In this document: positions 19,856 to 29,069 of the stretch, piece after piece
How the letters are laid out: each line of letters opens with the position of its first letter
Numbering within the stretch: the stretch's first letter is position 1
Assembly (NCBI GenBank): GCA_963704655.1
Contig: OY969927.1
Span: 960,001-1,024,000 of the forward strand
Length of the DNA: 64,000 nt
From: an uncultured Candidatus Babeliaceae bacterium
GTDB lineage: Bacteria; Babelota; Babeliae; Babelales; Babelaceae
Direction: 5' to 3'
Translations under genes and position numbers: made by a program
Notes under the pieces: generated by a model
What the model was told of the DNA's origin: nothing
What the model saw: the letters and a program-made list of their open reading frames with translations, nothing else
Databases searched by the model: none

Positions 19856-20647
19856 CTATATCTGCAACAGACAAAAAAGTGAATGGCCCTTAACATCAAG
19901 GACTTTTTTACAATGATACCGCGCACAAAGCGACTTAAGCTTCAGCATTGTGACAGGCGTATTTTTTTGAATAATAATAGTGTCTATGGTTGTTGCACCA
20001 AATTTTTTTATTAGCTCGCTTGAAAGCGTATAATCGACCCACGCTTGAGAACAGGCACGTGTCTGGAGAGCACATTCACTATCAAAAAATGTAATTTCTT
20101 TATTTTTACTTGTTAACACAATATTTCTGCTACCGCACGCAACCTTATATTCTTTATTTACTGGTGTATAAAACCATTTTACCCCCAAAAAAACAGTGGG
20201 GACCCAGAATATCAACAAACAAAGCGTAACAAAATCATTTTTTAAACCATAACGTCTTAAAATAGCCCATGAGCCGAGTGGCATAAGAATTAAAAGCCAA
20301 AAAGGTGCTTGTGGGCAGGCAATCATAGGGATATCAGGGGACCAAGACATGACTGTCATCCAACCACGCGTAACAACGTCAAGAAGAGCACACAAATAAT
20401 CACTGGGAACAAAACAGAGCTCAAGAATATAAATCAGGCAAGAAAGCGCTAAAAAAAGCGTTAATACAGGAGTAAAAAGAATATTCCCCAAGAAAATAAG
20501 TGGCGAAAAGGCTATTCCCCAGGCTACAAGTATTGGAAAACTTAAACTTAACAAAAAAAGTTGAAGTATAAATGCATGGACCAACCATTTACCCAATCTC
20601 GCCAACCCTGTGATTAAATTAACCATACACCTAACATATTTAAACAA
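19856..20647 (-). CDS. ComEC/Rec2-like competence protein, C-terminal part only
   Basis: FPILVAWGIAFSPLIFLGNILFTP resembles the end of the Competence domain; a degenerate MBL-like tail follows (KKFGATTIDTIII). Confidence 0.5.
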   Translation of the reverse strand: MFKYVRCMVNLITGLARLGKWLVHAFILQLFLLSLSFPILVAWGIAFSPLIFLGNILFTPVLTLFLALSCLIYILELCFVPSDYLCALLDVVTRGWMTVMSWSPDIPMIACPQAPFWLLILMPLGSWAILRRYGLKNDFVTLCLLIFWVPTVFLGVKWFYTPVNKEYKVACGSRNIVLTSKNKEITFFDSECALQTRACSQAWVDYTLSSELIKKFGATTIDTIIIQKNTPVTMLKLKSLCARYHCKKVLDVKGHSLFCLLQI

Positions 20648-20738
20648 AATAATGATATTTTTTAAAATTCTTGCTTTATCAAAGCCCCATTTGCTATATT
20701 AAGAGTATAGTAAAGTTAAAGAAAAAATAGAGAGAGCC

Positions 20739-20939
20739 ATGAAAAAATTATATATCTATTTAAGTCTTGTTTTTGCCGTTGCTTTAAATCTGGCAAATAT
20801 AGCGCTGTATGCTGCAAATGACACACTTCCGATTAACTACTCTACGCGTTATGATAGAGGTTACTGGGGTGACGATTATAGCCAGAGAATAAGCTTTTTA
20901 AATGGGTATGAACAAAATAGAGGGGGTATACCTTACTAA
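20739..20939 (+). CDS. Small secreted peptide
   Basis: MKK signal peptide with an RBS. Confidence 0.5.
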   Translation: MKKLYIYLSLVFAVALNLANIALYAANDTLPINYSTRYDRGYWGDDYSQRISFLNGYEQNRGGIPY

Positions 20940-20993
20940 AAGACTTTCTAAAAAAAAGCAAATATTAAGTAAACCATAAAAAGGAGAAGTGAA

Positions 20994-21233
20994 ATGAAAA
21001 AACAATTATTAACAGCAGTTGCTCTTGTTGCAACGCTAAGCGAACTAAATGCACATATTTTCGGTGAAGGCGGTCTTGTAGACAACTCAGTAAACACCGC
21101 ATTAAATGCGCCTGGAGATGTTGTACGCGGACCAAATAGACCAAACCGTAGAGAAGGTTTATTCAGAAGAAATAACAATAATCGATCTAATGATTATTCA
21201 GAAGAATTTGCTGATTACAATCCAGAATTGTAA
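20994..21233 (+). CDS. Small secreted peptide
   Basis: AGGAG RBS and MKK signal peptide; hairpin terminator follows at ~21251-21279. Confidence 0.6.
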   Translation: MKKQLLTAVALVATLSELNAHIFGEGGLVDNSVNTALNAPGDVVRGPNRPNRREGLFRRNNNNRSNDYSEEFADYNPEL

Positions 21234-21302
21234 TTTCAATCTTAAATAACATATGGGCCGCTTGTTAAGCGGCCCATATTGTTTAAAATCAGGAGTTTTA
21301 TT

Positions 21303-21566
21303 ATGAAAAAATTATATGCATTAGCCATCTTATTTATGGCCAGCCAAACTCTTTTTGCATCAGAAGCTGAAGGCTCAAAACAAGCAGAAATTAACCCTGC
21401 AAAAGCTACTCTTTCCTATAGCGAAACACCACAGCAAAAACTAGAACGTGAAAGAGCTACGCAAAAATATGTTTTAAGAGAAGAAGAACGCAGACGCCAA
21501 CTTAAAAAAGTTGCACAAAAAGTACAACAAGAATTACCATCGCCTGCAGAAGAGGAAGAAGAATAA
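21303..21566 (+). CDS. Small secreted charged protein
   Basis: AGGAG RBS and signal peptide. Confidence 0.6.
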   Translation: MKKLYALAILFMASQTLFASEAEGSKQAEINPAKATLSYSETPQQKLERERATQKYVLREEERRRQLKKVAQKVQQELPSPAEEEEE

Positions 21567-21612
21567 TAGAAGCATCATTTTAATGTATTTATAGATAAAA
21601 AAAGGGATAAAA

Positions 21613-21825
21613 ATGAAAACACAATTAATATTAACAATTGCTTTATTAACATTGGTTACATCAATAATAGCCCAACCACCTGTAGTTCAACAACCAGCTA
21701 CCCTCCCACAATTAGGAGATACAGAAAGTACGTATGGAGCTCATGCACCAAGAAGGCTGGTTAGACCAGAACAACTTGAAACAATAGAAGAAGAAACAAT
21801 ATTAGAAGACGAAGCAACAGAATAG
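21613..21825 (+). CDS. Small secreted acidic protein
   Basis: Signal peptide; terminator-like hairpin at ~21856-21886. Confidence 0.55.
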   Translation: MKTQLILTIALLTLVTSIIAQPPVVQQPATLPQLGDTESTYGAHAPRRLVRPEQLETIEEETILEDEATE

Positions 21826-21974
21826 TTAAAGATACCATTCAATAGCTATATCTTTAAAGGCTGCCTAATTAGGCGGCCCTTTTTTATAAAATTCTTGGTT
21901 TTACATAACAAGCTTTAGTAAGTTAATGTAATAAACCGCCCGCATGGATGGTGCGAAGCGCACTGTTTTGACGC

Positions 21975-22035
21975 AGTTTATCCTGAGCGAAGTCGAAGGG
22001 CTCACCACGAGCGGCGCTCTGAGCCTGTCGAATGG
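21975..22035. repeat. Family-A palindromic repeat cluster
   Basis: gtttatcctgagcgaagtcgaagggctcaccacgagcgg...ctgagcctgtcgaa; related copies at 28952, 30078, 39051 and 53188. Confidence 0.75.
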
Positions 22036-22067
22036 TCATTAATTCTTACACCAGAAAGTTTATGTTT

Positions 22068-23885
22068 ATGAAACCAACTCAAGAATATTTAGAATATATC
22101 GCTTATGAAATCCGCAGATTATCGATTCTGAGCACCACACAAGCAGGTTCGGGTCACCCGACTTCATGCCTTTCTGCCGCCGACATCATGTCAGTCTTAT
22201 TTTTCGATATTATGCAGCCACAGGACCATTTTATTCTTTCAAAAGGACATGCGGCACCCGCACTCTATGCCGTTTATCATCTTCTTGGCTGTATTTCAGA
22301 AAAAGAACTTATGACATTACGTCAATTTGGCTCGCCACTTGAAGGCCACCCAACTCCACACTTTCCCTATGTACAAGCAGCAACGGGCTCGCTTGGTCAA
22401 GGGCTTTCAATAGGCGTAGGACAATTGCTTGCTGGAGCTCTCGACAATAAAGATAGTAAATGTTTTGTTTTAATGGGTGACAGCGAAACAACCGAAGGTT
22501 CTGTATGGGAAGCAGCCGAGCTAGCTTCATTTTACAAATTATCTCGATTAGTAGCTATTATCGATGTTAACGGACTTGGGCAAACAATCAGAACTATAGA
22601 TTCAATCGAAACATACAGAAAAAAATTTGAAGCTTTTGGCTGGCATGCTCTAGTTATCAATGGAAACAACCCAGAAGAAGTTAAAGAAACACTCGAATCA
22701 ATCGATTATTCTGATAAACCTACCTGTATTATCGCCCAAACCCAAAAAGGCTATGGAATCCCATCTGTCCAAAACAAGGAAAATTTCCACGGCAAGGCAT
22801 TTAAGTCGGAAGAAATTACCCAAATATTGAAAGAACTTAAAAACTTCTTTCCTGAGTCATCCTCGTTTGAATTTAAGGGTGTTAAATATCCCGAATCCCC
22901 CCTTTGTCAAACCCAAGAACAGCCACAATTTCAAAAAATAAGCTTCAAAATGCCCCATTATACTATTGGCGATGCAGTTGCCACGCGCAAAGCATTCGGC
23001 AAGGCCCTTGAATATGCTGGATCGCTCAGTGAAAAAATTGTATCGCTCGATGCAGAAGTCAATAACTCAACATACGCAGATTTTTTTGCAAAACAATATT
23101 CTCAACGTTTTTTCCAGGCATTTGTTGCAGAACAAAATATGATCGGCATGGCAGCCGGTTTAACAACTCAAGGCTTTATAACCTTTTCTTCAACCTTTGC
23201 AGCATTTTTAACGCGAGCTTATGACCAATTACGCATGAGCGCCATAAGTAAACTCCCGTTACGCATTATTGGCTCCCATTGCGGAGTTTCAATTGGGCAA
23301 GACGGCCCATCACAAATGGGACTTGAAGATATAGCGCTTTTTAGAACATTGCCCGATTCTGTTATTTTATATCCGTGTGACGCTGTCAGCGCTTACCGTT
23401 GCGTTGAGCTTATGGCAAATCATCACAGCAGTATAAGTTATTTACGCACTACACGCGCAGAAACACCCATTATTTATGATAACGCAACTGAGTTCAAAAT
23501 TGGCGGATGTCATATACTTAAGCAATCGCCACAAGATATAGCAACTGTTATTACTGCAGGAATAACGATTTTTGAAGCCCTTAAGGCGCATGAAAAAGTA
23601 CCCTTTACTATAATCGATTGTTACAGTATTAAACCATTACCGATACAGGAAATTATAGCCGCTGCACAAAAAACAAATAACCGTATCGTGATTGTAGAAG
23701 ATCATTACCCTGCCGGCGGTTTGGGCGAAGCTATTATCGCTGCACTTGTTGAATATGCCCCAAAGACACCATGGCACATAAAACATCTTGCAGTTAACAA
23801 ACTGCCTATGTCTGGTAAGCCTGAAGAACTTCTTGCTTTTGAAGATATCGATTTTAACGCTATTTATAAAGCAGTTAAGAGTTAA
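22068..23885 (+). CDS. tkt: Transketolase (animal-type TKT-like, ~610 aa)
   Basis: SGHPTSCLS, LSKGHAAP, LEGHPTP, ATGSLGQG, GDSETTEGSVWEA and GSHCGVSIGQDGPSQMGLED. Confidence 0.95.
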   Translation: MKPTQEYLEYIAYEIRRLSILSTTQAGSGHPTSCLSAADIMSVLFFDIMQPQDHFILSKGHAAPALYAVYHLLGCISEKELMTLRQFGSPLEGHPTPHFPYVQAATGSLGQGLSIGVGQLLAGALDNKDSKCFVLMGDSETTEGSVWEAAELASFYKLSRLVAIIDVNGLGQTIRTIDSIETYRKKFEAFGWHALVINGNNPEEVKETLESIDYSDKPTCIIAQTQKGYGIPSVQNKENFHGKAFKSEEITQILKELKNFFPESSSFEFKGVKYPESPLCQTQEQPQFQKISFKMPHYTIGDAVATRKAFGKALEYAGSLSEKIVSLDAEVNNSTYADFFAKQYSQRFFQAFVAEQNMIGMAAGLTTQGFITFSSTFAAFLTRAYDQLRMSAISKLPLRIIGSHCGVSIGQDGPSQMGLEDIALFRTLPDSVILYPCDAVSAYRCVELMANHHSSISYLRTTRAETPIIYDNATEFKIGGCHILKQSPQDIATVITAGITIFEALKAHEKVPFTIIDCYSIKPLPIQEIIAAAQKTNNRIVIVEDHYPAGGLGEAIIAALVEYAPKTPWHIKHLAVNKLPMSGKPEELLAFEDIDFNAIYKAVKS

Positions 23886-23889
23886 AAAT

Positions 23890-24891
23890 TTATCTTTTTG
23901 CTCCGTAATACGGCGGAATATGTTGATGGCAAAAAACACTCGCTAAAAATTCATAAATCCATGCATATAAACCCTGGAATGAGTGATATTTTTTCTTCAA
24001 CCAAGAACCTTCATAGCCATGGCGCGCGATAATTTCTGGCTTGTCTTGTGTAAAATCGTAAGGATAAAAGGTATCCGGTGGGAAAATAATATTACGGTGC
24101 ACACAATCTTGTGCGCCAATCTTATAAACCATAGCACTTAAATAACCTGGGCCTGTACGTAGGCACGTAGGCTCCCATTTTTCAATACTGCGACCGTTTT
24201 CAATTTCTTGTGCATAATACTGTTTACACATAACATTCCACGCATGCATATCTTTAACCATGTTATGTATTACTGGGTGATTCGCCACACAACCGATAAT
24301 TGAGTTTCCTATTGAAAAAGTTCTTTGGTCAGAAAGCTGTTCAAGTCCGGCATAGAAATCATAATTCATATGAAATTTTTGCAACTCTTCTGGGCGAATA
24401 AGGTTCACATCGCAGTCTGCATATACGCCGCCATAGCGCGCCAAAATTTCATAACGAGCAATATCAGATTTTTCTGCATAATTGCCCGCAGCTTCATATA
24501 AATCTCTGTTTATTAAGCCAAGCGCATCGATCTCTTTTTCTGTCCATAACTTATACTTCCAAGGGTGCGGCAACTGCTGCCAAATTGAGATCATAGAGAT
24601 AAGATGTTTTGGTATTTTCGGCCCTATCCAGATTTGATGAATCACCAGCGGAATTCGTGGTGTCGATTGCAAAATATCATCAGAATAATTTGTTTGATAA
24701 ATATCATTAAGATACGTCATAAAACCAAAAGATGTCATACCGGGAACCCGCATCCAATATTCTACGCTATTACCCGCGATATTGTCATAAAATAAATCTT
24801 TATTTATCGATGAAACAGTTGCAAAAAAGTTAGAGGCGGATACAGTGAACTGCACACCCATTAAGCAGAGTATTACTAATTTTTTTACCAT
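23890..24891 (-). CDS. GT32/OCH1-like DXD glycosyltransferase with a signal peptide
   Basis: IPLVIHQIWIG, KSDIARYEIL..YGGVYADCD and TGPGYL. Confidence 0.88.
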   Translation of the reverse strand: MVKKLVILCLMGVQFTVSASNFFATVSSINKDLFYDNIAGNSVEYWMRVPGMTSFGFMTYLNDIYQTNYSDDILQSTPRIPLVIHQIWIGPKIPKHLISMISIWQQLPHPWKYKLWTEKEIDALGLINRDLYEAAGNYAEKSDIARYEILARYGGVYADCDVNLIRPEELQKFHMNYDFYAGLEQLSDQRTFSIGNSIIGCVANHPVIHNMVKDMHAWNVMCKQYYAQEIENGRSIEKWEPTCLRTGPGYLSAMVYKIGAQDCVHRNIIFPPDTFYPYDFTQDKPEIIARHGYEGSWLKKKYHSFQGLYAWIYEFLASVFCHQHIPPYYGAKR

Positions 24892-24968
24892 AATTAACTC
24901 CATTTTTGTAGTAACAACCACATAGAATATACAAAAACGCAATTATCAAAGTAAATAATTTATACTAC

Positions 24969-25025
24969 CCGCTCTTCCCAAGTGTTCTACGCAAGCTCGA
25001 AGAGTGTAGAAGAATGTATCGAGGA
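24969..25025. repeat. Family-A-like palindromic repeat (degenerate)
   Basis: ccgctcttcccaagtgtt...gaatgtatcgagga, similar to the nested unit at 62411-62458. Confidence 0.5.
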
Positions 25026-25103
25026 ACAAATCGCATCAAAAGAAAATGCGCCGATTTTACTCGACGCATCTTTTTTGAATCAATTGATAGATCAATCAGC
25101 TTT

Positions 25104-25871
25104 TTATCTTACGCGAAGTATAGAGAATAAAACCGAATTACCAGGGGCAGTTGCAAGTACCGCATTGCTACCGACTATAGTTATGTTTTGACCAGCTGCA
25201 GCAGTCACAACAGCAAATCCATTTCCGTGTGAGTATTGAACAGTACTCGAAGTGCTATTAGTAGCACCACTACCTGGTACAGGAGTTGCATTAACTTCAA
25301 GTTGCCATGCTGAAGTATTATTAGCACCATAAACTGAATACCACACAAGATACGTTCCTGCATCCGCAACAGTAACACCTGTGCCAGTACCACCGCTAAG
25401 TGCTGTATAAGAAGATGTAGAGACCCCTGTAGAAAGATCTATTCCTGTTGCTAATGCGCCTGCGGCGTCAGTATAAAATGAGCCGTAATCTAAAACATTT
25501 GGAGAAGTAAGAGACAACAAGCCCGCAACAGCTAAAGTACCACCAACAACTGCATCTCCAGATACTTCAAAGCTTCCAGAAACAGCTTCATTACCAGAAA
25601 CAGCTAAATTGCCGCCAACAGTCTCATTGCCAGACACTATCAATGCTCCGCCTACAGACTCATTTCCGGACACGGCTAAAGTTCCACCAACAGTTTCATT
25701 ACCTGTAACAGCTAATGTGTTAATTGTTGCAAGGTTGCATACATTTAAATTTCTTACATTAAGGCATTTTTTTGTGCCTTTAACATCTGCTTCATCCACA
25801 GATGCATCTGCAAAAACTTGCGCTACTGCAAATACGCATGTCAGCATAAGTAAACTTTTTTTAAATTCCAT
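25104..25871 (-). CDS. Secreted stalk-head surface protein 1 (12-aa GxLxVSGNExV repeats plus a BclA/C1q-like head)
   Basis: Signal peptide, KKCLNVRNLNVCN, tandem repeats and V..AGTYLVWYSV. Confidence 0.65.
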   Translation of the reverse strand: MEFKKSLLMLTCVFAVAQVFADASVDEADVKGTKKCLNVRNLNVCNLATINTLAVTGNETVGGTLAVSGNESVGGALIVSGNETVGGNLAVSGNEAVSGSFEVSGDAVVGGTLAVAGLLSLTSPNVLDYGSFYTDAAGALATGIDLSTGVSTSSYTALSGGTGTGVTVADAGTYLVWYSVYGANNTSAWQLEVNATPVPGSGATNSTSSTVQYSHGNGFAVVTAAAGQNITIVGSNAVLATAPGNSVLFSILRVR

Positions 25872-26009
25872 AAAGACTCCTTTTTTAATTAATAATCGAA
25901 CACCTACCAACCCTACAAAAATTAAAAATTCAAAGTAAATAAATTTCTTAATAAAAGAAAATGCGCCGGCTTTACCCGACGCATCTTGAATATTATAATT
26001 TTCTTATTT

Positions 26010-26708
26010 TTATGCAATTTGTTCAATAACAAATGTCGCATCATTAGATGTTGCCCCAGTAAATCCCGTGAAAAGGGCAAGAAAAAAAGGATCTGACAGA
26101 TTCTGAATAGCAATCTGTTGCCCAGCGGTCAAAGAAGCTAAAAATGTTCCACCTAAAAATGCTGGAAGAGTAAGTGTTTCAAAAAGACAAACGCCCGCAA
26201 ATACTGATCCATTAAAAATCTCAGCTGTATTTACATCAACCACGCAGCAAATAACTGCTACTGCTGCAGGGGGGACAAACGCAACATTAGGAACAGCTGC
26301 TAAATTGTAGGTTATTTGATAAATTCCTGTTGATTGAACAGTAAAAGTGGTCCCTCCGGCCGTTGGCAAAGTTACACCAGATGACGGGTTGTTTACATTA
26401 CTAAATGGCACAAAAGCTTGGTAACTAACGGTTGATCCAGAAGTATCATAGGCAAATCCATAACCTAAAGTTTTGCCTGGATTAATTTGAGCGCCGCCAA
26501 CACTTAATGTGCCATTAACGCTTAAACTTCCACCAACAGTTTCACTACCTGCAACTGCCAAAGATCCAGCAATAGTTGCATTGTTGCAAACATTTAAGTT
26601 TCTTACGTTAAGGCATTTTTTTGTGCCTTTAACTTCTGCATCATCTGCAAAAACTTGTGCCATTGCAAATATGCATGTCAGCATGAGCAAACTTTTTTTG
26701 AATTCCAT
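26010..26708 (-). CDS. Secreted stalk-head surface protein 2 (short stalk plus a BclA/C1q-like head)
   Basis: Same N-terminus as protein 1; FTVQSTGIYQITY, LTAGQQIAIQN and ATFVIEQIA. Confidence 0.7.
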   Translation of the reverse strand: MEFKKSLLMLTCIFAMAQVFADDAEVKGTKKCLNVRNLNVCNNATIAGSLAVAGSETVGGSLSVNGTLSVGGAQINPGKTLGYGFAYDTSGSTVSYQAFVPFSNVNNPSSGVTLPTAGGTTFTVQSTGIYQITYNLAAVPNVAFVPPAAVAVICCVVDVNTAEIFNGSVFAGVCLFETLTLPAFLGGTFLASLTAGQQIAIQNLSDPFFLALFTGFTGATSNDATFVIEQIA

Positions 26709-26851
26709 AAAGACTCCTTTTTTAATTAATAATCGAACACCTACCAACCCTACAAAAATTAAAAATTCAAAGTAAATAAATTTCTTAATAAAAGAAAATG
26801 CGCCGGCTTTACCCGACGCATCTTTTTTAAATCAATTAATTAATATTTTAA

Positions 26852-27637
26852 TTAAACACCAATCACTACGATATTAAAGCCCGCATTAATAGCAGCACCT
26901 GTATGATCAAAAACATTAACTGTGCAGCCTGATGTTGATGGTGCAGACACATCAACCATGTATCCGGCAACAGTCGCACTAGCAGGGGTGACGATAATCA
27001 CCGGGTTATTTGAAAAATGAGTTGCAAAACCTAAAGTATAGATGCCAGTAGCTGAATGAGTAATTGAAGAATTAAAACCACTGTTAACAGTAAATGAAGG
27101 AGTTGCAGCATCAAGGGTTGCCCAAACCATACGGGCACCAATTGTTTCTAAACTACCCAAAGCATTTAATGCGCTAGTAAGTTCATTTGGATTAAAAGTG
27201 ACGTTTCCTGCAATAGCTTCTAAATTGCCAGTAGTTGCTACGATATTTTCGGTTGTTGCAGTAAGGCCGACTGCTGCTGTAATAAGCCCAGCTACATTTA
27301 ATGTACCACCAACAACTGCATCTCCAGATACTTCAAAGCTTCCAGAAACAGCTTCATTACCAGAAACAGCTAAATTGCCGCCAACAGTCTCATTGCCAGA
27401 CACTATCAATGCTCCGCCTACAGACTCATTTCCGGACACGGCTAAAGTTCCACCAACAGTTTCATTACCTGTAACAGCTAATGTGTTAATTGTTGCAAGG
27501 TTGCATACATTTAAATTTCTTACATTAAGGCATTTTTTTGTGCCTTTAACATCTGCTTCATCCACAGATGCATTTGCAAAAACTTGTGCAACTGCAAATA
27601 CGCAGGTAAGCATAAGCAAACTTATTTTGAATTTCAT
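26852..27637 (-). CDS. Secreted stalk-head surface protein 3 (stalk plus a different head resembling tail-fibre/lectin C-terminal domains)
   Basis: Stalk DNA identical to protein 1; head GIYTLGFATHFSNNPVIIVT...FNIVVIG. Confidence 0.6.
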   Translation of the reverse strand: MKFKISLLMLTCVFAVAQVFANASVDEADVKGTKKCLNVRNLNVCNLATINTLAVTGNETVGGTLAVSGNESVGGALIVSGNETVGGNLAVSGNEAVSGSFEVSGDAVVGGTLNVAGLITAAVGLTATTENIVATTGNLEAIAGNVTFNPNELTSALNALGSLETIGARMVWATLDAATPSFTVNSGFNSSITHSATGIYTLGFATHFSNNPVIIVTPASATVAGYMVDVSAPSTSGCTVNVFDHTGAAINAGFNIVVIGV

Positions 27638-27835
27638 AAAAACTCCTTTTTTTTATAGATAAAAAAACCGACCTGAATAGTACCTTCTATTCATAATTCT
27701 TGCTACTTATAACATAATAGTTTTATCAATGTCACCATTTTGATTAAAGATTGTTGCTATTTCAAAAAAGTCTGGGCAGGTGGACAAATTAAAGACAACG
27801 ATTCTTCAAATGACATGCGTGATATCGGGCTCATG

Positions 27836-28102
27836 TTAAAATAGATCTGAATGGGTACCAGTTCTTGAAAGAATTATAGCGGTTGATGTTTTTTTGTAGA
27901 TTAACAACCAATCAGGTTCAATATGACACTCCCAGCAATCTTTATAATCACCAACAGGCTTATGGTTTCGATTTCTTACAGGCAGTGATTTTTCTTGTAA
28001 TAGCAATGTGACAATATCCAAGAGTTTTTTCATATCTTTGTCACGCTTTTTTACTTTTACGATATCTTTTTCAAATCTACTTTCTTGAATCAGCCGCAAC
28101 AT
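27836..28102 (-). CDS. yafQ: YafQ family (RelE superfamily) mRNA interferase toxin
   Basis: FEKD.K, NH...G.YK..WECHIEPDWLLIY and RTGTHSDLF. Confidence 0.93.
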   Translation of the reverse strand: MLRLIQESRFEKDIVKVKKRDKDMKKLLDIVTLLLQEKSLPVRNRNHKPVGDYKDCWECHIEPDWLLIYKKTSTAIILSRTGTHSDLF

Positions 28103-28363
28103 CTAAAGACCCAGTTTTTTAGCAAAAACATCTAGGCTTTCGATTTCTGTAAGATTTTTACCCTCTTGAATATTTTTAAGAGATTTCTTTGTCTCTTTGT
28201 TCGGCTCATGGCTTGCCTGAAAGCACTCATCTGTTGCCTCTAATGCTTCCAAAACAACTTCTTTTATAGTTTTGCCAAGAATAGCGGCTCTACTTTTTAA
28301 TTTTCTATGCTGCTCTTTAGGCATTTCTATTATTATTCTTGATATATCACTTCTTGCGGCCAT
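28103..28363 (-). CDS. Cognate antitoxin (RHH-like N-terminus, DinJ/RelB-like C-terminus)
   Basis: Directly upstream of the toxin; PNKETKK...EG C-terminal pattern. Confidence 0.8.
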   Translation of the reverse strand: MAARSDISRIIIEMPKEQHRKLKSRAAILGKTIKEVVLEALEATDECFQASHEPNKETKKSLKNIQEGKNLTEIESLDVFAKKLGL

Positions 28364-28509
28364 AATCTCTCCTATATATTAATAAATGTACATATATACA
28401 TTATTATACGCTATCAATTAAAAAGCAAGATTTGGAGGTTGCGAAATTTATCAAATAGTATATATTAATATAAATCAGTTCTACTCTTTTATTCTCATGG
28501 AGGTGTTAT

Positions 28510-28935
28510 ATGATCAACACACTCTTTCTCTGGGCAACAATTATTATTATTGCACTTCTTATCGAAACAGGCGCCCCCGGATTATTCTATTTCCTTTCCC
28601 TTGCAGTTGGATCGGCTGCCGCAGCTTTTTTAAGTTATAATGGTTATGATATACTAGCGCAGCTTGGCTGTTGTTTTATAGTAAGTTGCGTAACATTATT
28701 AGTTTTGCGCTATGTGGTAGCACACGATTCTACCAAAGACCTGCCAACTAATATGCATGCACTTATCGGCCAAAAGGCACGCGTTATTGATGCTATTACA
28801 ACAGATAAAGCGGGAACAGTGAAAATTTATGGTGATATCTGGCTAGCACGTGAAAAAAATAATCATGAAGTTTCCAATGGCCATGAAGTTACTATTGTTG
28901 ATATTCAGGGCTGCCACGTAATTGTAAAAAAATAA
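28510..28935 (+). CDS. NfeD family (YbbJ-like) protein
   Basis: N-terminal TMs; ALIGQKA.V, G.VKIYGDIW.A and V.IVDIQG OB-fold pattern. Confidence 0.9.
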   Translation: MINTLFLWATIIIIALLIETGAPGLFYFLSLAVGSAAAAFLSYNGYDILAQLGCCFIVSCVTLLVLRYVVAHDSTKDLPTNMHALIGQKARVIDAITTDKAGTVKIYGDIWLAREKNNHEVSNGHEVTIVDIQGCHVIVKK

Positions 28936-28951
28936 AAGACCGCGTATTGTC

Positions 28952-28996
28952 ATCCCGGATCTCGCTAACCCTTCGACAAGCTCAGGATGAGCGAGT
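28952..28996. repeat. Family-A repeat, 45-bp direct copy of 30078-30122
   Basis: atcccggatctcgctaacccttcgacaagctcaggatgagcgagt, with 1 mismatch to the second copy. Confidence 0.9.
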
Positions 28997-29069
28997 GTGA
29001 TAGTGGCGGGCAGGCGACACATAAACCAAGAAAATACTTTATACACACTTAAATATAGAAAGGGCCATC

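Noticed and set aside
25104-27637. Diversity-generating retroelement or shufflon
   Set aside because: No reverse transcriptase, no adenine-specific TR/VR pair, and no invertase or inverted cassettes.
28843-29046. 67-aa minus-strand ORF containing LAHPELVEG
   Set aside because: Translation of the family-A repeat, overlapping nfeD antisense; no coding support.
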